Shown here piece by piece: positions 19,970-30,557 of a stretch of 64,000 bases of DNA. The translations under genes were made by a program, and so were the position numbers. Each line of letters opens with the position of its first letter. Positions within the stretch are counted from its first letter, which is position 1. The notes beneath the pieces are model-generated. The model was not told where the DNA came from and did not search any database. It worked only from the letters and a program-made list of their open reading frames with translations. Origin of the DNA: Deltaproteobacteria bacterium (lineage in GTDB: Bacteria > Bdellovibrionota_C > UBA2361 > J135); assembly GCA_020635175.1 (NCBI GenBank), contig JACKAH010000002.1, forward strand, positions 15,406 through 79,405. Direction: 5' to 3'.

Positions 19970-20862
19970 AAAATGATCTTTCTGCACAAGACTTTAAAGC
20001 CAGGCAAAAACTTGTTCAGTTTGGTCTTTTTGCAACTTTAGGCTCACTAATCCCCACTGGCTATGCCGCATACATATCAAATTCAGTAACTTTACTAACC
20101 GATCTTCTGCGCTGCTTCGCAGAGTTTTTTGCTATTTTTATTTCGTGGTTGGTTATTCGTAAAATCTCAAATGAAGATAAATCAAGCTATAACTACGGAT
20201 TTGGAAAGTTAGAACAATTTGCCAGTTTGGCTGTAGCGCTTGCCTTGTTTTCAACGTTTTTGATCTCGTTCTTTTCAGGTGTTGAACGTTTGTTTGAACC
20301 AGAAAAGTTGGATAACAGCTTTTTTGGCTTTGTCTTTGCTATTTTCTCTGTAATTGGCAATTCGATACTTTGGTTTAAGAACTACTATTATTTTTTAAAT
20401 GATCCATCGCCAGTTGTTGATTCTCAATGGAGGCTTTTCAGAGCAAAAGCGTTTGCGACTTTTGTTGTTGCTATCTCACTCGGCTTAGGCCTGATTTGGG
20501 GATCGAATGGTTGGACGATTTATGCTGACCCAGTTGGCTCATTACTGCTTTCTATGTTTCTACTCTTTTCTGCGATTACACTAATTTCAAATTCTATGTC
20601 TGATTTGATTGATAGAACAATCAAAGAGGAGCTGCAGCTTATAGTTTTGAAGTGCTTGATATCTCATGAAGATAGTTATCGTGGTTTAGATCATATTCGT
20701 TCAAGAAAATCTGGAAATAGAATTTTTATAGATCTCTTTCTTGAGTTTAATCCTGCTGACACTATTGCAGATCTGAAAAATGTCTCTGATAAAATCACAA
20801 AGGATCTCCTTAATCATATACCAAATGCTGAAATTACGGTTGTAAGCGTTGTTAAAAAATAG
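19966..20862 (+). CDS. Cation diffusion facilitator (CDF) family transporter
   Basis: Six predicted TM segments followed by a cytoplasmic C-terminal domain (...IRSRKSGNRIFIDLFLEF...). The start overlaps the gnd stop (ATGA). Confidence 0.7.
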   Translation: MKNDLSAQDFKARQKLVQFGLFATLGSLIPTGYAAYISNSVTLLTDLLRCFAEFFAIFISWLVIRKISNEDKSSYNYGFGKLEQFASLAVALALFSTFLISFFSGVERLFEPEKLDNSFFGFVFAIFSVIGNSILWFKNYYYFLNDPSPVVDSQWRLFRAKAFATFVVAISLGLGLIWGSNGWTIYADPVGSLLLSMFLLFSAITLISNSMSDLIDRTIKEELQLIVLKCLISHEDSYRGLDHIRSRKSGNRIFIDLFLEFNPADTIADLKNVSDKITKDLLNHIPNAEITVVSVVKK

Positions 20863-23019
20863 CTAGGCGTTACTAGCATGAAATTGACCAGGTTCAATTC
20901 TGGCCGATAAGATATTTATTTCATCCAAAAGTTCTGACGGGGTAAAAGGCTTTGAGAGGAATCTGACTATTTTGTCCGGTAATTCATCAATTGAGAGCTG
21001 ATTCGGAGCATGTCCAGATATGAGCAAAATCGCAATATCAGGGAGCAGCTTCCTAACCTTTTGGGCTAAGATCTCACCACTAGTATCAGGTAATCCTACA
21101 TCTGAAATTATAAGATCGAAATCCTTCGTTCTTTCTATGGTATTGAGAGCCTCTGTTCCATTTCTAACTGAAACGAGTTCAAAACTATGGGGTTCTAAAA
21201 TTTGAACAATTAGATCTCTGACAAGTTCTTCATCTTCACAAATCAGTATTTTTTTAATTCTATTTCTATTTGCTGCAGACTCGAGTGTTGAAAATCTCTG
21301 TTCTAGCTCTTCGAGCGCAGCAGGGAAAAAAATTGAGAAAGTTGTTCCTTTATTTAACTCAGATTGTACCGCTATATGTCCGTTTGAGTTTTTGACTATT
21401 CCATGTACCGTAGAAAGGCCTAATCCTGTTCCCTTTTCAAGCCCTTTGGTTGTATAAAATGGCTCAAAGATTCTAGATATAGTTTCTTTAGACATGCCTG
21501 TTCCATCATCACTTACAGATAGCTTGAAATGCAGTCCAGTAGTTTGGACCGCATTTTCTAAGACGTATTTTTGATCGATATAAACGGTTTCTGTCCTTAT
21601 TTCTATAACTCCCGATGAGTCAACAGCATCCCTAGCGTTTAGGGTTAAATTTAACAAGATCTGCTCCAGATGAATTGGGTCCAATTTAACCTTTGTGTTC
21701 TTTGTCAGAAAATTTCGTTTCAAAGTAATTGTCTTAGGTAATAGCTGTAGCAAAAGAGAGCATGTTCCTTCGATAATCTCATTTGGGTTAACTACTTTGG
21801 GCGTTATGATCTCTTTACGCCCAAACGTTAGAAGTTTGTTGACCAAGGCAGCCGCACGCTCGCTTGCATTTTCAATTTGCTGAACATTATTTCGAATATT
21901 GGAATCTTGAGATAGCTGCTGAATTACCAATTGTGCGTTCCCTAATATAACCCCAAGCATGTTGTTAAAATCATGAGCAACACCACCGGCTAGTTGTCCG
22001 ATTGCCTCCATTTTTTGTGATTGAAGCAATTGCTTCTCAAGTTCTAGTTGTATCTTCTCTGCCTCTTTTTTCTCTGAGATATCTCGACCAACAACAAGTA
22101 AGCCTTTTCTTTCGCCGTTGCTGTGAAATACAGGGACTTTTATTACGTCAACTGTTATCTGCGAGCCGTCGTCTTTCTTAACTACTTGCTCACCTCTCCA
22201 GAAATGGGTTTGCTGCCAAGCGTCCTCATCGCTATCCTTGCAGTTCTCCCAGATCTTCTGATACTGCGGTGAGATCTCAGCAAGTTCCTTGCCAGTTTTT
22301 CCCCTAAAAACCGCTTCGTTAAGTCCAAAGATCTTTTGACCAAAAGAATTAACCTCAAGCCATCGCCCTTTAGAGTCCTTAAAACATACAAAATCAGGAA
22401 TTGCATTAATTAAGGTTCTTAATTGTTTTTCTTTCTCTGCAATCTCAGTCTTACTTACCGCAAGTTCTGAGATAATTATCTCGCGTTCCAATTCTGCAGA
22501 TACTCTTGGGACTAGCGACTGTAAACTCTCAATAATTTTATCCGAGTTTGGTAAGTCTTTTTTGTTCATCACGGACAATAGTCCAATAACTTCACCGCTA
22601 GTGTTGAAAAGAGGAGTTCCGGCATATGCATGGATCTGTTTTTCAACTAGATAAGTGTCATCTGGAAAACGTTCTTGTACATTTGAAGGATAGATACAAA
22701 GTCGTTTGTCAGAGACATTTTGACAGGGGGTCCCACTCATTTGATATGAAAAGCAATCTAGGAACTCATCCTTTTCTAGAAAAGCTATCGTAGAAATTGT
22801 TTGATCTAAAAAATTAGTTTTGCCAATAAACGCAAAATCGACCTGATGTTCCTTGCATAGTTTTTTAAGTAAGGCTTTGAAAAAAGAGTCTCCTACAAAA
22901 CAGGTTAGGTCGTCTTGTGGGGGCCTGTTACTAAAGATTTCTAGTGATTTACTAAGATTTTCTGACAACCCTCTTAGAATGGGCGTTGAGTGTCTCTTTT
23001 TTTTAAGTGCATTGTTCAA
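20863..23019 (-). CDS. Hybrid sensor histidine kinase/response regulator (GAF-PAS-HisKA-HATPase-REC)
   Basis: H-box GGVAHDFNNMLGVI. N, G1 and G2 boxes (LNLTLNARDA, DDGTGM, GTGLGLS). C-terminal receiver (ILICEDEE...IISDVGLPDTSG...LSKPF). Confidence 0.9.
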   Translation of the reverse strand: MNNALKKKRHSTPILRGLSENLSKSLEIFSNRPPQDDLTCFVGDSFFKALLKKLCKEHQVDFAFIGKTNFLDQTISTIAFLEKDEFLDCFSYQMSGTPCQNVSDKRLCIYPSNVQERFPDDTYLVEKQIHAYAGTPLFNTSGEVIGLLSVMNKKDLPNSDKIIESLQSLVPRVSAELEREIIISELAVSKTEIAEKEKQLRTLINAIPDFVCFKDSKGRWLEVNSFGQKIFGLNEAVFRGKTGKELAEISPQYQKIWENCKDSDEDAWQQTHFWRGEQVVKKDDGSQITVDVIKVPVFHSNGERKGLLVVGRDISEKKEAEKIQLELEKQLLQSQKMEAIGQLAGGVAHDFNNMLGVILGNAQLVIQQLSQDSNIRNNVQQIENASERAAALVNKLLTFGRKEIITPKVVNPNEIIEGTCSLLLQLLPKTITLKRNFLTKNTKVKLDPIHLEQILLNLTLNARDAVDSSGVIEIRTETVYIDQKYVLENAVQTTGLHFKLSVSDDGTGMSKETISRIFEPFYTTKGLEKGTGLGLSTVHGIVKNSNGHIAVQSELNKGTTFSIFFPAALEELEQRFSTLESAANRNRIKKILICEDEELVRDLIVQILEPHSFELVSVRNGTEALNTIERTKDFDLIISDVGLPDTSGEILAQKVRKLLPDIAILLISGHAPNQLSIDELPDKIVRFLSKPFTPSELLDEINILSARIEPGQFHASNA

Positions 23020-23391
23020 CAGACAATCCTCTTAAAATAACAACGTGCTACCTAATTATATTTGCTAGAGGGCCTAAAATCTAAATAAAACGACCTGCCT
23101 TCGTAACTATTTGAAATGACTAATTTTACTGCTTCTTGGTGAGATTCTTTTCGCGCTACTTCTGCTTAGAATTCCCTAATTGTCGAGCACTTGAGATAAA
23201 TGGCTGTGAATGTTATGCTTTCGGCACTGGTAACGCAGCTCTCTGTTGTGCTTTCAGCGTAACGGTGCGTTATTAAATGTTTTTCTAATTGTCTTTCCCG
23301 ACAGTTATGTTTTTTGGTTCTACTCACTCGTCATCTGAGTGATGTAGTAGAGTCGTTTTGTGTCATTTAGTGAAGTGAGTTTGCTTAGATA

Positions 23392-23865
23392 ATGAAGAGC
23401 TATACTGAAATTTTGAACCTGATTAAGCCAGTCGTAGAGGATGAGGGCTTCGAATTGTTCGATGTGGATCTGCCGGTCGGACAAAACAGAAGGCTGACAA
23501 TCTATATTGCGGCAAAAAAGGGATCGGCTCGAGAAGTACAGCTAGATGATTGTGCCAAAGTGAGTCGTCGATTGAGTCATCTCTTCGATGTAGAGTTAGA
23601 TTTACCTGGAAAATATGTATTAGAGGTGTCTTCACCGGGTATTAACCGTAGACTACGACGGGTAGAGCATTTTCAGGATGCAGTTGGCGAACATGTAAAG
23701 ATAGTTTTTGATAATGATTCTGGTAAGTCGGAGACTGTTTCCGGTGCAATTCTTGAGTGCTCAGATTCGGCACTTAAGATGAGAGAAGATGTTCATCAGT
23801 CAGACATAGAGGTCTCTTTAGCTGCGATTAGAAAGGCTCGAGTAGATTTTATTTTTGATAGTTAA
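23392..23865 (+). CDS. rimP: Ribosome maturation factor RimP
   Basis: LEVSSPGINRRL motif, and the position immediately upstream of nusA. Confidence 0.9.
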   Translation: MKSYTEILNLIKPVVEDEGFELFDVDLPVGQNRRLTIYIAAKKGSAREVQLDDCAKVSRRLSHLFDVELDLPGKYVLEVSSPGINRRLRRVEHFQDAVGEHVKIVFDNDSGKSETVSGAILECSDSALKMREDVHQSDIEVSLAAIRKARVDFIFDS

Positions 23866-23874
23866 TTTACGCTA

Positions 23875-25377
23875 GTGAGTAAGAGTATGGGATTTGATTT
23901 AAATGCAATCTTAAATCAGCTTGGAAAAGATAAGGGCATCGATAGACAGGTGCTTGTAGAGGCCGTTGAGTCAGCGATGCTGTCAGCAGCCAGAAAGCAC
24001 TACGGTCATAACTTGAACCTTGAAACCCAGTTCGATGAAGAGACTGGTGAAATAGAGGTAATTGAATTTAAGACCGTAGTTGAAAAAGTAGAGGATCCAG
24101 CTACTCAGCTATCTACTGATCAGGCTAGAGCGGAATTTGATGCTGATGCTCAAGTAGGTGATGAGCTTGGTCGTAAGCTAGATACTACAGTCCTAGGTAG
24201 GATTGCTGCACAGACTGCTAAACAAGTTATTATACAAAAAGTAAGAGATGCAGAGCGCGGTGTCATTTATGGTGAATATAAAGATAGAAAGGGCGATCTA
24301 ATTAATGGAATCGTTCAAAGATATGAGAGAGGAAACCTAATTGTTAACTTAGGTCGAACTGATGCAGTGCTTCCTCGCCGCGAACAGATCATAAAGGAAC
24401 GTTATCGCCGCGGTGATAGACTTAGAAGTATGATCTTGGATGTTGATCCAACTGCTAGAGGATCACAGATTATTTTAACCCGAAGTCATCCAGATTTCTT
24501 GAAGAAGCTGTTCGAGCTTGAAGTTCCTGAAATTGCAGAAAATGTAGTTGAGATTAAAGCAGCAGCGCGAGAACCAGGCGAGAGAGCTAAGATAGCAGTT
24601 TACTCAAATGATCCAGGAGTTGATCCTGTTGGAGCTTGTGTCGGTATTAAAGGATCGAGAGTTCAAGCTGTTGTTACAGAGTTGCGTGGTGAGCGAATAG
24701 ACATAATTGTCTGGAGCCCAGATGCACCATCATTTGTAGCACGTGCTTTAGCCCCCGCAGAAGTTTCAAGGGTTCTTGTGGATGAAGATGAACAATCGAT
24801 GGAAGTAATTGTTGCAGATGATCAGCTTTCCTTAGCAATTGGTCGTCGAGGCCAGAATGTTAAATTGGCAAGTAAACTTACAGGCTGGAAGATTGATGTG
24901 AGGAGCGTTTCAGTTGTCGAAGAGGAAACTAAGCGTGCTCGTCAGGCACTAGAAGCTATTCCTGCTATCGGAATAACTCATGCGGAAATGCTTTTCCAAG
25001 GCGGATACAGAACAGTTAAGGAAGTTGCTGATTCTTCGCTTGAAGATCTTCTTGAGATTGAAGGTATGACTGGCGAAGTTGCGTCTGACATTTTGAAAAA
25101 TGCTAAGACTTATGCTGAAGAGCATGCTGACGATGAGCTAACAACTGAGTCTGAGGCTGATGACGCAGCAAAATTAAGTGAATTGGATAAGCTTGGTTTA
25201 AGTGACGAGGTAAAGCAGCAGCTACTAGAAGCAGGGTATACTTCAATACCTAAGCTTGCTTTAGCTGAAGCTGATGATTTGGTTGCGCTTGCAAAACTTA
25301 GCGAGGAGGATGCCGAAAGGGTGCGTGATGTAACAGACACCTTTTTGAAGGGCAGACCTGCTGAAACAGCATTTTAA
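23875..25377 (+). CDS. nusA: Transcription termination/antitermination factor NusA
   Basis: S1 and KH domains (ACVGIKGSRVQAV, LAIGRRGQNVKLASKLTGWKIDV) plus C-terminal acidic HhH repeats. The start is either the GTG at 23875 or the ATG at 23887. Confidence 0.95.
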   Translation: MSKSMGFDLNAILNQLGKDKGIDRQVLVEAVESAMLSAARKHYGHNLNLETQFDEETGEIEVIEFKTVVEKVEDPATQLSTDQARAEFDADAQVGDELGRKLDTTVLGRIAAQTAKQVIIQKVRDAERGVIYGEYKDRKGDLINGIVQRYERGNLIVNLGRTDAVLPRREQIIKERYRRGDRLRSMILDVDPTARGSQIILTRSHPDFLKKLFELEVPEIAENVVEIKAAAREPGERAKIAVYSNDPGVDPVGACVGIKGSRVQAVVTELRGERIDIIVWSPDAPSFVARALAPAEVSRVLVDEDEQSMEVIVADDQLSLAIGRRGQNVKLASKLTGWKIDVRSVSVVEEETKRARQALEAIPAIGITHAEMLFQGGYRTVKEVADSSLEDLLEIEGMTGEVASDILKNAKTYAEEHADDELTTESEADDAAKLSELDKLGLSDEVKQQLLEAGYTSIPKLALAEADDLVALAKLSEEDAERVRDVTDTFLKGRPAETAF

Positions 25378-25378
25378 G

Positions 25379-25714
25379 ATGTCTGAGAAATTGGCCCCTG
25401 TAAGGAGATGTATTGCTTGCAGAAAACGTGGACCAAAAGAAGTTTTTTTAAGGTTTGTTTGCATTACGACAGGAGTATTGCTTGACGAAAAGCAGAAACT
25501 TCCTGGACGTGGAGCATATTTGCATCGAAGCTATGAGTGTTTATCTAAAGCTTCAGATGTAAAAAAGTGGGAACGTGCTTTTCGCCTTGGTAGAGGGCAG
25601 GTAAACAAGAAGCAAATGGTAGATCTAGTTGCAGCTTGTTTATCAAATTTGGATTTATCCAAAGAAATTCCTGAGAGTAGTACGTCTCAGGGAAAAAAGT
25701 TAAGATTTTTTTAG
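25379..25714 (+). CDS. ylxR: YlxR/DUF448 family RNA-binding protein
   Basis: RRCIACRKRGPKEVFLRF and GRGAYLH motifs. Lies between nusA and infB. Confidence 0.85.
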   Translation: MSEKLAPVRRCIACRKRGPKEVFLRFVCITTGVLLDEKQKLPGRGAYLHRSYECLSKASDVKKWERAFRLGRGQVNKKQMVDLVAACLSNLDLSKEIPESSTSQGKKLRFF

Positions 25715-25719
25715 ATTAA

Positions 25720-28308
25720 ATGGCAAAGATAAGAATATACGAATTAGCAAAAGAGCTTGGTGTCGAAAACAAGGCCATCATTACACTTGCCGAGAACTTA
25801 GGAATGCAAGGCAAAACGTCACATTCAAATTCTTTGGAGGACGACGAAGCAGAACAGATTCGTAGAGCAGTGATCCGTAATACGTTAGGCAGTGCTTCAG
25901 ATAATGGCGTTCAGGAAACAGTGAAACGTGATTCAGCGGGTCGTGCGGTTACAGTTCGCCGGAAGGGGAACATTATTCGACGTCGTAAGAAAGACGAAGA
26001 AGAGGCTCAAGCTGAGGCAGCAGAGGAGATTGTTACTTTTGAGACCGAATCAGAAAGCTCGCCAGTTGAGGAGATTTTTTTCGAGCAAGCCCCAAGTTCT
26101 GAGCAGAATTTAGAAACCGAAGATGCTGTACAACAAATGGAAGCGTCTGACAGTGAAGTTGAGAAGGTTGAAGCTCTTGAAGCAAAACAGGTAGAGGAAG
26201 TAGCTCAAGAGCAGGAAGTAGAGAAAAAAGAGTCAGGTCCCCGAGTCCTTGGAAGAATTTCTCTGCCAGAAGCTACAAAGCCAAAACCAAAGTCCAAAGC
26301 CAAGAAGTCTTTTTCTGATCAGCCAGAACAGTCAACGTCTGATGACGATGATGAAGGTAAAGGCAAGGGCGGGAAGAGAAAACGTGAAAAACGTTCACGC
26401 CGTAAAGAATTTACCCGTGGTGATCTAGTCGATTACGATGGGCGGATGGCTAAAAAACAGCAGAAGAAAAAGCGAAATGACAAAGGCTTTGAAGAAGAGC
26501 TGGAAGAGAAGCCAATACATGAGATCAAAGAAACCAAAGCCTCTAAGAAGATTGTCAAAATTGATGAGGTAATCACTGTTGGTGAACTTGCCAGTGCTAT
26601 GAGCTTAAAGGCTGGAGAGGTGATTTCAAAGTTGATTGAGCTTGGACAGATGGCAACGATTAACCAAGCAATTGATTACGATACTGCAAACATTATTGCT
26701 GAAGAGTTTGGTTATCAAGTTGAGTCTGTTGCTTTTGATGAAGATGTAATTTTAGAAGGGGATATTGAGGAAACTGAAGAGTCTTTCCTCCCAAGAGCTC
26801 CAGTCGTTACAGTGATGGGGCACGTAGATCATGGTAAAACCTCTCTACTCGATACGATCAGAGATTCCTCTGTCGTTGACAAAGAGCACGGTGGGATTAC
26901 ACAGCACATCGGAGCTTACCAGGTAATCTTGCCTGACGGTCAAGCTATCGCTTTTATTGATACTCCAGGCCACGCTGCATTTACAGAAATGAGAGCACGC
27001 GGAGCTCAGGTAACTGATATTGTGATTCTTGTAGTTGCTGCAGATGATGGAGTAATGCCACAAACAAAAGAAGCTATCGATCATGCTAAGGCAGCAGGTG
27101 TTCCGATTGTTGTCGCTGTCAACAAGATGGACAAGGAAGGAGCGAACCCAGATCGAGTCAAGCAACAGTTAGCTGATCTTGGCTTACAGCCTGAAGAATG
27201 GGGTGGTCAGACTATGTTCTACCCGGTTTCTGCGCTTAAGAATGAAGGGATTAAAGAACTTCTAGAAGGTGTTTTGTTACAGGCTGAGGTTCTGGAATTA
27301 AAAGCAAACCCAGATAGGCGCGCAGCAGGTACTATTATTGAATCGAGACAAGATAAGGGACGAGGAATTGTCGCCACAGTACTGGTTCAAAAAGGAACAT
27401 TAAAAGTCGGGGACGCTTTTGTGTCTGGGGCAGAAAGTGGCCGCGTTCGTTCTATGCTCGATCATTTAGGACAAAAAGTTGATGTTGCTGGACCCTCAGT
27501 GCCAGTTGAAATTACAGGTCTAAGCGGTATTCCTGATGCAGGGGATGATTTCTATGTCGTAGAAACTGATTCAAAAGCACGACAGGTTGCTGCTGCTCGT
27601 TTGGATAAGAAACTTAAGAAAGATCAACTTGCTTCAAGCGGTGGTCCAATTAGTTTTGAAGAATTTTCAAAACGTGCTGCAGCCGAAGATATGGCTGAGC
27701 TAAACGTTATTATTAAAGCTGATGTTCAAGGTTCGGTTGAAGCTGTCAAGCAGGCACTTGAAAAGTTGATTTATGAAAAAGTTAAGGTTCATGTTGTCAG
27801 TGCAGGTGTTGGTGGAATAACTGAAGGCGATATCAAGTTAGCACAAGCTTCAAAAGCTGTAGTCGTTGGATTTGGTGTTAGAGCAGAGCCGCGCGCTGCT
27901 AGAGAGGCAGAAGCTGCCGGAGTACAACTTAGATACTATAACGTAATCTATGAACTAGTTGATGATGTTAAGAAAGCGCTAGCCGGACTACTTGAGCCTG
28001 ATAAGAAGGAAAATGAACTTGGAAGAGTTGAAGTACGAGAAACCTTTGTTGTTCCTAAAATTGGGACAATCGCTGGGTGCTACGTTGTCGATGGTATTGT
28101 TAAACGTGGCTCATTCGCACGATTACTTCGTGATAGTCGAGTAGTTCATGAAGGCAAGATGTCCAGCCTTAGAAGGTTCAAAGACGACGTAAGAGAAGTG
28201 CAAAGTGGCTATGAGTGTGGAATTGGATTAGATCGATTCAATGACGTAAAGATCGGAGACGTCATGGAGATTTTTGAAATTCAAGAAGTTGCTGCTACGC
28301 TTGAGTAG
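25720..28308 (+). CDS. infB: Translation initiation factor IF-2
   Basis: G domain VVTVMGHVDHGKTSLLD, DTPGHAAF and NKMD. Charged low-complexity N-terminal region. Confidence 0.97.
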   Translation: MAKIRIYELAKELGVENKAIITLAENLGMQGKTSHSNSLEDDEAEQIRRAVIRNTLGSASDNGVQETVKRDSAGRAVTVRRKGNIIRRRKKDEEEAQAEAAEEIVTFETESESSPVEEIFFEQAPSSEQNLETEDAVQQMEASDSEVEKVEALEAKQVEEVAQEQEVEKKESGPRVLGRISLPEATKPKPKSKAKKSFSDQPEQSTSDDDDEGKGKGGKRKREKRSRRKEFTRGDLVDYDGRMAKKQQKKKRNDKGFEEELEEKPIHEIKETKASKKIVKIDEVITVGELASAMSLKAGEVISKLIELGQMATINQAIDYDTANIIAEEFGYQVESVAFDEDVILEGDIEETEESFLPRAPVVTVMGHVDHGKTSLLDTIRDSSVVDKEHGGITQHIGAYQVILPDGQAIAFIDTPGHAAFTEMRARGAQVTDIVILVVAADDGVMPQTKEAIDHAKAAGVPIVVAVNKMDKEGANPDRVKQQLADLGLQPEEWGGQTMFYPVSALKNEGIKELLEGVLLQAEVLELKANPDRRAAGTIIESRQDKGRGIVATVLVQKGTLKVGDAFVSGAESGRVRSMLDHLGQKVDVAGPSVPVEITGLSGIPDAGDDFYVVETDSKARQVAAARLDKKLKKDQLASSGGPISFEEFSKRAAAEDMAELNVIIKADVQGSVEAVKQALEKLIYEKVKVHVVSAGVGGITEGDIKLAQASKAVVVGFGVRAEPRAAREAEAAGVQLRYYNVIYELVDDVKKALAGLLEPDKKENELGRVEVRETFVVPKIGTIAGCYVVDGIVKRGSFARLLRDSRVVHEGKMSSLRRFKDDVREVQSGYECGIGLDRFNDVKIGDVMEIFEIQEVAATLE

Positions 28309-28325
28309 TTATTGGAGGTACTTCC

Positions 28326-28679
28326 ATGGCCGAGCAGAGGCGAGTTTATAAATTAGCAGAGCGGATTAAATCTGCCGTTGCGCTCCGGGTACCGTATCTT
28401 TCAGATCCTCGATTAGAATTAGTAACTATTACCTCAGTTCAATTAAGTAAAGATTTACGAATTGCAAAGATTTACTGGACTGTAAGTGGTGGCAAGGAAA
28501 GAATTGCTCAGGCTAAAGAGGGCTTTGACGCAGCTCGTAGGAAGTTGAGAGCTGATGTAAGTTCTGCATTAGGAATGCGTTCTAATCCTGAATTACGATT
28601 TTATTATGATGATACCTTAGACGTGCTAGAGCAAACAGGTGCGCTCATGGATAAAGTCAAGGGTGATGACCATGACTAA
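28326..28679 (+). CDS. rbfA: Ribosome-binding factor A
   Basis: VTITSVQLSKDLRIAKIYW and PELRFYYD. Confidence 0.92.
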   Translation: MAEQRRVYKLAERIKSAVALRVPYLSDPRLELVTITSVQLSKDLRIAKIYWTVSGGKERIAQAKEGFDAARRKLRADVSSALGMRSNPELRFYYDDTLDVLEQTGALMDKVKGDDHD

Positions 28680-29646
28680 AGCTACTGAGATATCGAAAAT
28701 AGCTGAAGAGCTATTGAAAGCTCAAAAATGTTTAGTTCTAAGTCATTATAATCCTGATGGGGATGCTCTTGGTTCGAGCTTGGCGGTTGCAAATGCATTG
28801 CAAAATTTAGGTAAAGAAGTCGTTTCTTATAATGAGTCACATATCCCGGAGAAATATCACTTTTTACCTGGTTCTAAGCAGATAGTCTCAACTTTACCAG
28901 AGGCCTCGTTCGATATGATCGTAGTTTGTGATTGTGGTGATGTTTCTCGAATGGGAGACCTTACTTCAGTTAAGCTTGGGAATCACAGTACTATATTGAA
29001 CATTGATCACCATATTTCAAATACAAATTTTGGTACTTACAACCTAGTTGAGACTGAACGTAGCTCTACTGCTGAAATAGTTTATAATTTGCTTTCTGAG
29101 ATGAAAGTTGAGATTACCCCTGATATTGCAAGTTGCCTTTTTACAGGAATCCTTACAGACACCGGCTCCTTTAGATATCAATGTACCGGAGTTGAAACGT
29201 TTAATATTGCTGCTGAGCTTTTAAAATTTGGCGCTCGTGCTCAAGAGGTTGCTCACGAGATTTATGAAAGACGCAGTAGAGCTTCAGTTCTGTTATGCTC
29301 CAGTGCACTTGCAAACATGAAGTTTCATAAGGATGGAAAGGTCGCAGAAGTCTTTGTTTCGAAAGAGATGATGGACTCATTCTCAGCCACTGCTGATGAT
29401 ACTGAAGGGTTAGTTGAAGAAGCAAGAGCTGTTGATGGAGTTTTGGTTTCCGTTTTTATTAGAGAGCAAGATGGTATTTGGAGGATAAGTTTAAGATCAA
29501 GCGATCCAGATCATTACGATGTTTCTCAAGTGGCTTCAAGCTTTGGCGGAGGTGGACATAAGGCTGCAGCGGCTTTTAGATCAAAGCGTGCTCTTGAAGA
29601 TTTTCGCCCTGCATTAATAGAAAAACTTGAACAATTAGTCTCATAG
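28666..29646 (+). CDS. nrnA: DHH/DHHA1 phosphoesterase (NrnA-like nanoRNase/pAp phosphatase)
   Basis: SHYNPDGDALGS, IDHH and GGGGHKAAAAF. The likely start is an ATG at 28666 or 28672, overlapping the rbfA stop. Confidence 0.85.
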   Translation: MTMTKATEISKIAEELLKAQKCLVLSHYNPDGDALGSSLAVANALQNLGKEVVSYNESHIPEKYHFLPGSKQIVSTLPEASFDMIVVCDCGDVSRMGDLTSVKLGNHSTILNIDHHISNTNFGTYNLVETERSSTAEIVYNLLSEMKVEITPDIASCLFTGILTDTGSFRYQCTGVETFNIAAELLKFGARAQEVAHEIYERRSRASVLLCSSALANMKFHKDGKVAEVFVSKEMMDSFSATADDTEGLVEEARAVDGVLVSVFIREQDGIWRISLRSSDPDHYDVSQVASSFGGGGHKAAAAFRSKRALEDFRPALIEKLEQLVS

Positions 29647-29654
29647 TTTGTGTA

Positions 29655-30539
29655 ATGAATAGAATTCAAGCACCTGGAGTTTTGTTGATTGATAAGCCCT
29701 TAGGTATCACGTCGCATAAGGCTATCTCTATCGTCAAGAAAACACTCGGCTTGAGTAAAATTGGACACGCAGGGACTCTGGATCCAGAAGCTAGTGGGCT
29801 TCTGATCTGTTTGTTAAATTCGGCAACAAGACTTGCAAAATATGCTGAATCTGGAAAGAAAACCTATAGTGGTGAAATTCAGTTTGGAATTACTACAACT
29901 ACAGATGATTTAGCCGGCGAGATGCTTTCACAGGCTGACAATCTTCCAGCATTTGCACAAATCGAAAGTCTCGCCAAAAAATTGGTTGGTAAAATTAGCC
30001 AAATCCCTCCTCAATATAGTGCTATTAAAGTGTCAGGCAAACGAAGCTATGAATTAGCTCGTTCCGGGCGCAAAGCTGAGCTAAGCGCAAGAGAGATAGA
30101 AGTGTTTTCATTTACACTTTCTCCTATGCTCGAAGGCCGCGTTTCTTTTGTGCTTGAGTGTTCAAAAGGTACGTATGTTAGATCAATTGCAAGGGATTTG
30201 GGTGAGATGCTAGGTTGTGGTGCGGCATTAGCTTCTTTGCGTCGAGAGGCATCTTTTCCATTTAATGTGAACTCAGCAAGTAAGTTAGAAAATGTCTCAG
30301 CCAGAGAGATCCTTTCAGTTAAAAGTTTGTTTTCTGATGTAGAACATTTCGAAATTGAGGAAAGTAACCTTCCTTATTTTAGAAATGGAAATGAGTCACA
30401 AATTAATGCGGTCTTAAAAGCCAGAGGTACTAATAATTCCGCGCCTTTAGCAATCTATTATGAGAAGAAAAACCTTGAGCAGCCATTAGGCTTATTGCAT
30501 AACAGTGAAGGCTCTTGGTCGATCGCTGTTAATTTTTAG
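29655..30539 (+). CDS. truB: tRNA pseudouridine(55) synthase
   Basis: LLIDKPLGITSH, GHAGTLDPEASGLL and QIPPQYSAIKV. Confidence 0.94.
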   Translation: MNRIQAPGVLLIDKPLGITSHKAISIVKKTLGLSKIGHAGTLDPEASGLLICLLNSATRLAKYAESGKKTYSGEIQFGITTTTDDLAGEMLSQADNLPAFAQIESLAKKLVGKISQIPPQYSAIKVSGKRSYELARSGRKAELSAREIEVFSFTLSPMLEGRVSFVLECSKGTYVRSIARDLGEMLGCGAALASLRREASFPFNVNSASKLENVSAREILSVKSLFSDVEHFEIEESNLPYFRNGNESQINAVLKARGTNNSAPLAIYYEKKNLEQPLGLLHNSEGSWSIAVNF

Positions 30540-30557
30540 AATTTTGTAGGAGAAGAG

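Noticed and set aside
20860-20865. Convergent CDF and sensor-kinase genes abut with zero spacer (tag/cta)
   Set aside because: This is merely compact genome organisation. No hairpin or other signal was found.
25928-26113. A 61-aa Arg-rich alternative-frame ORF within infB
   Set aside because: It is a frame-shifted reading of the charged low-complexity N-terminal region of IF-2. A similar alternative-frame ORF occurs in nuoE at 7465-7689.
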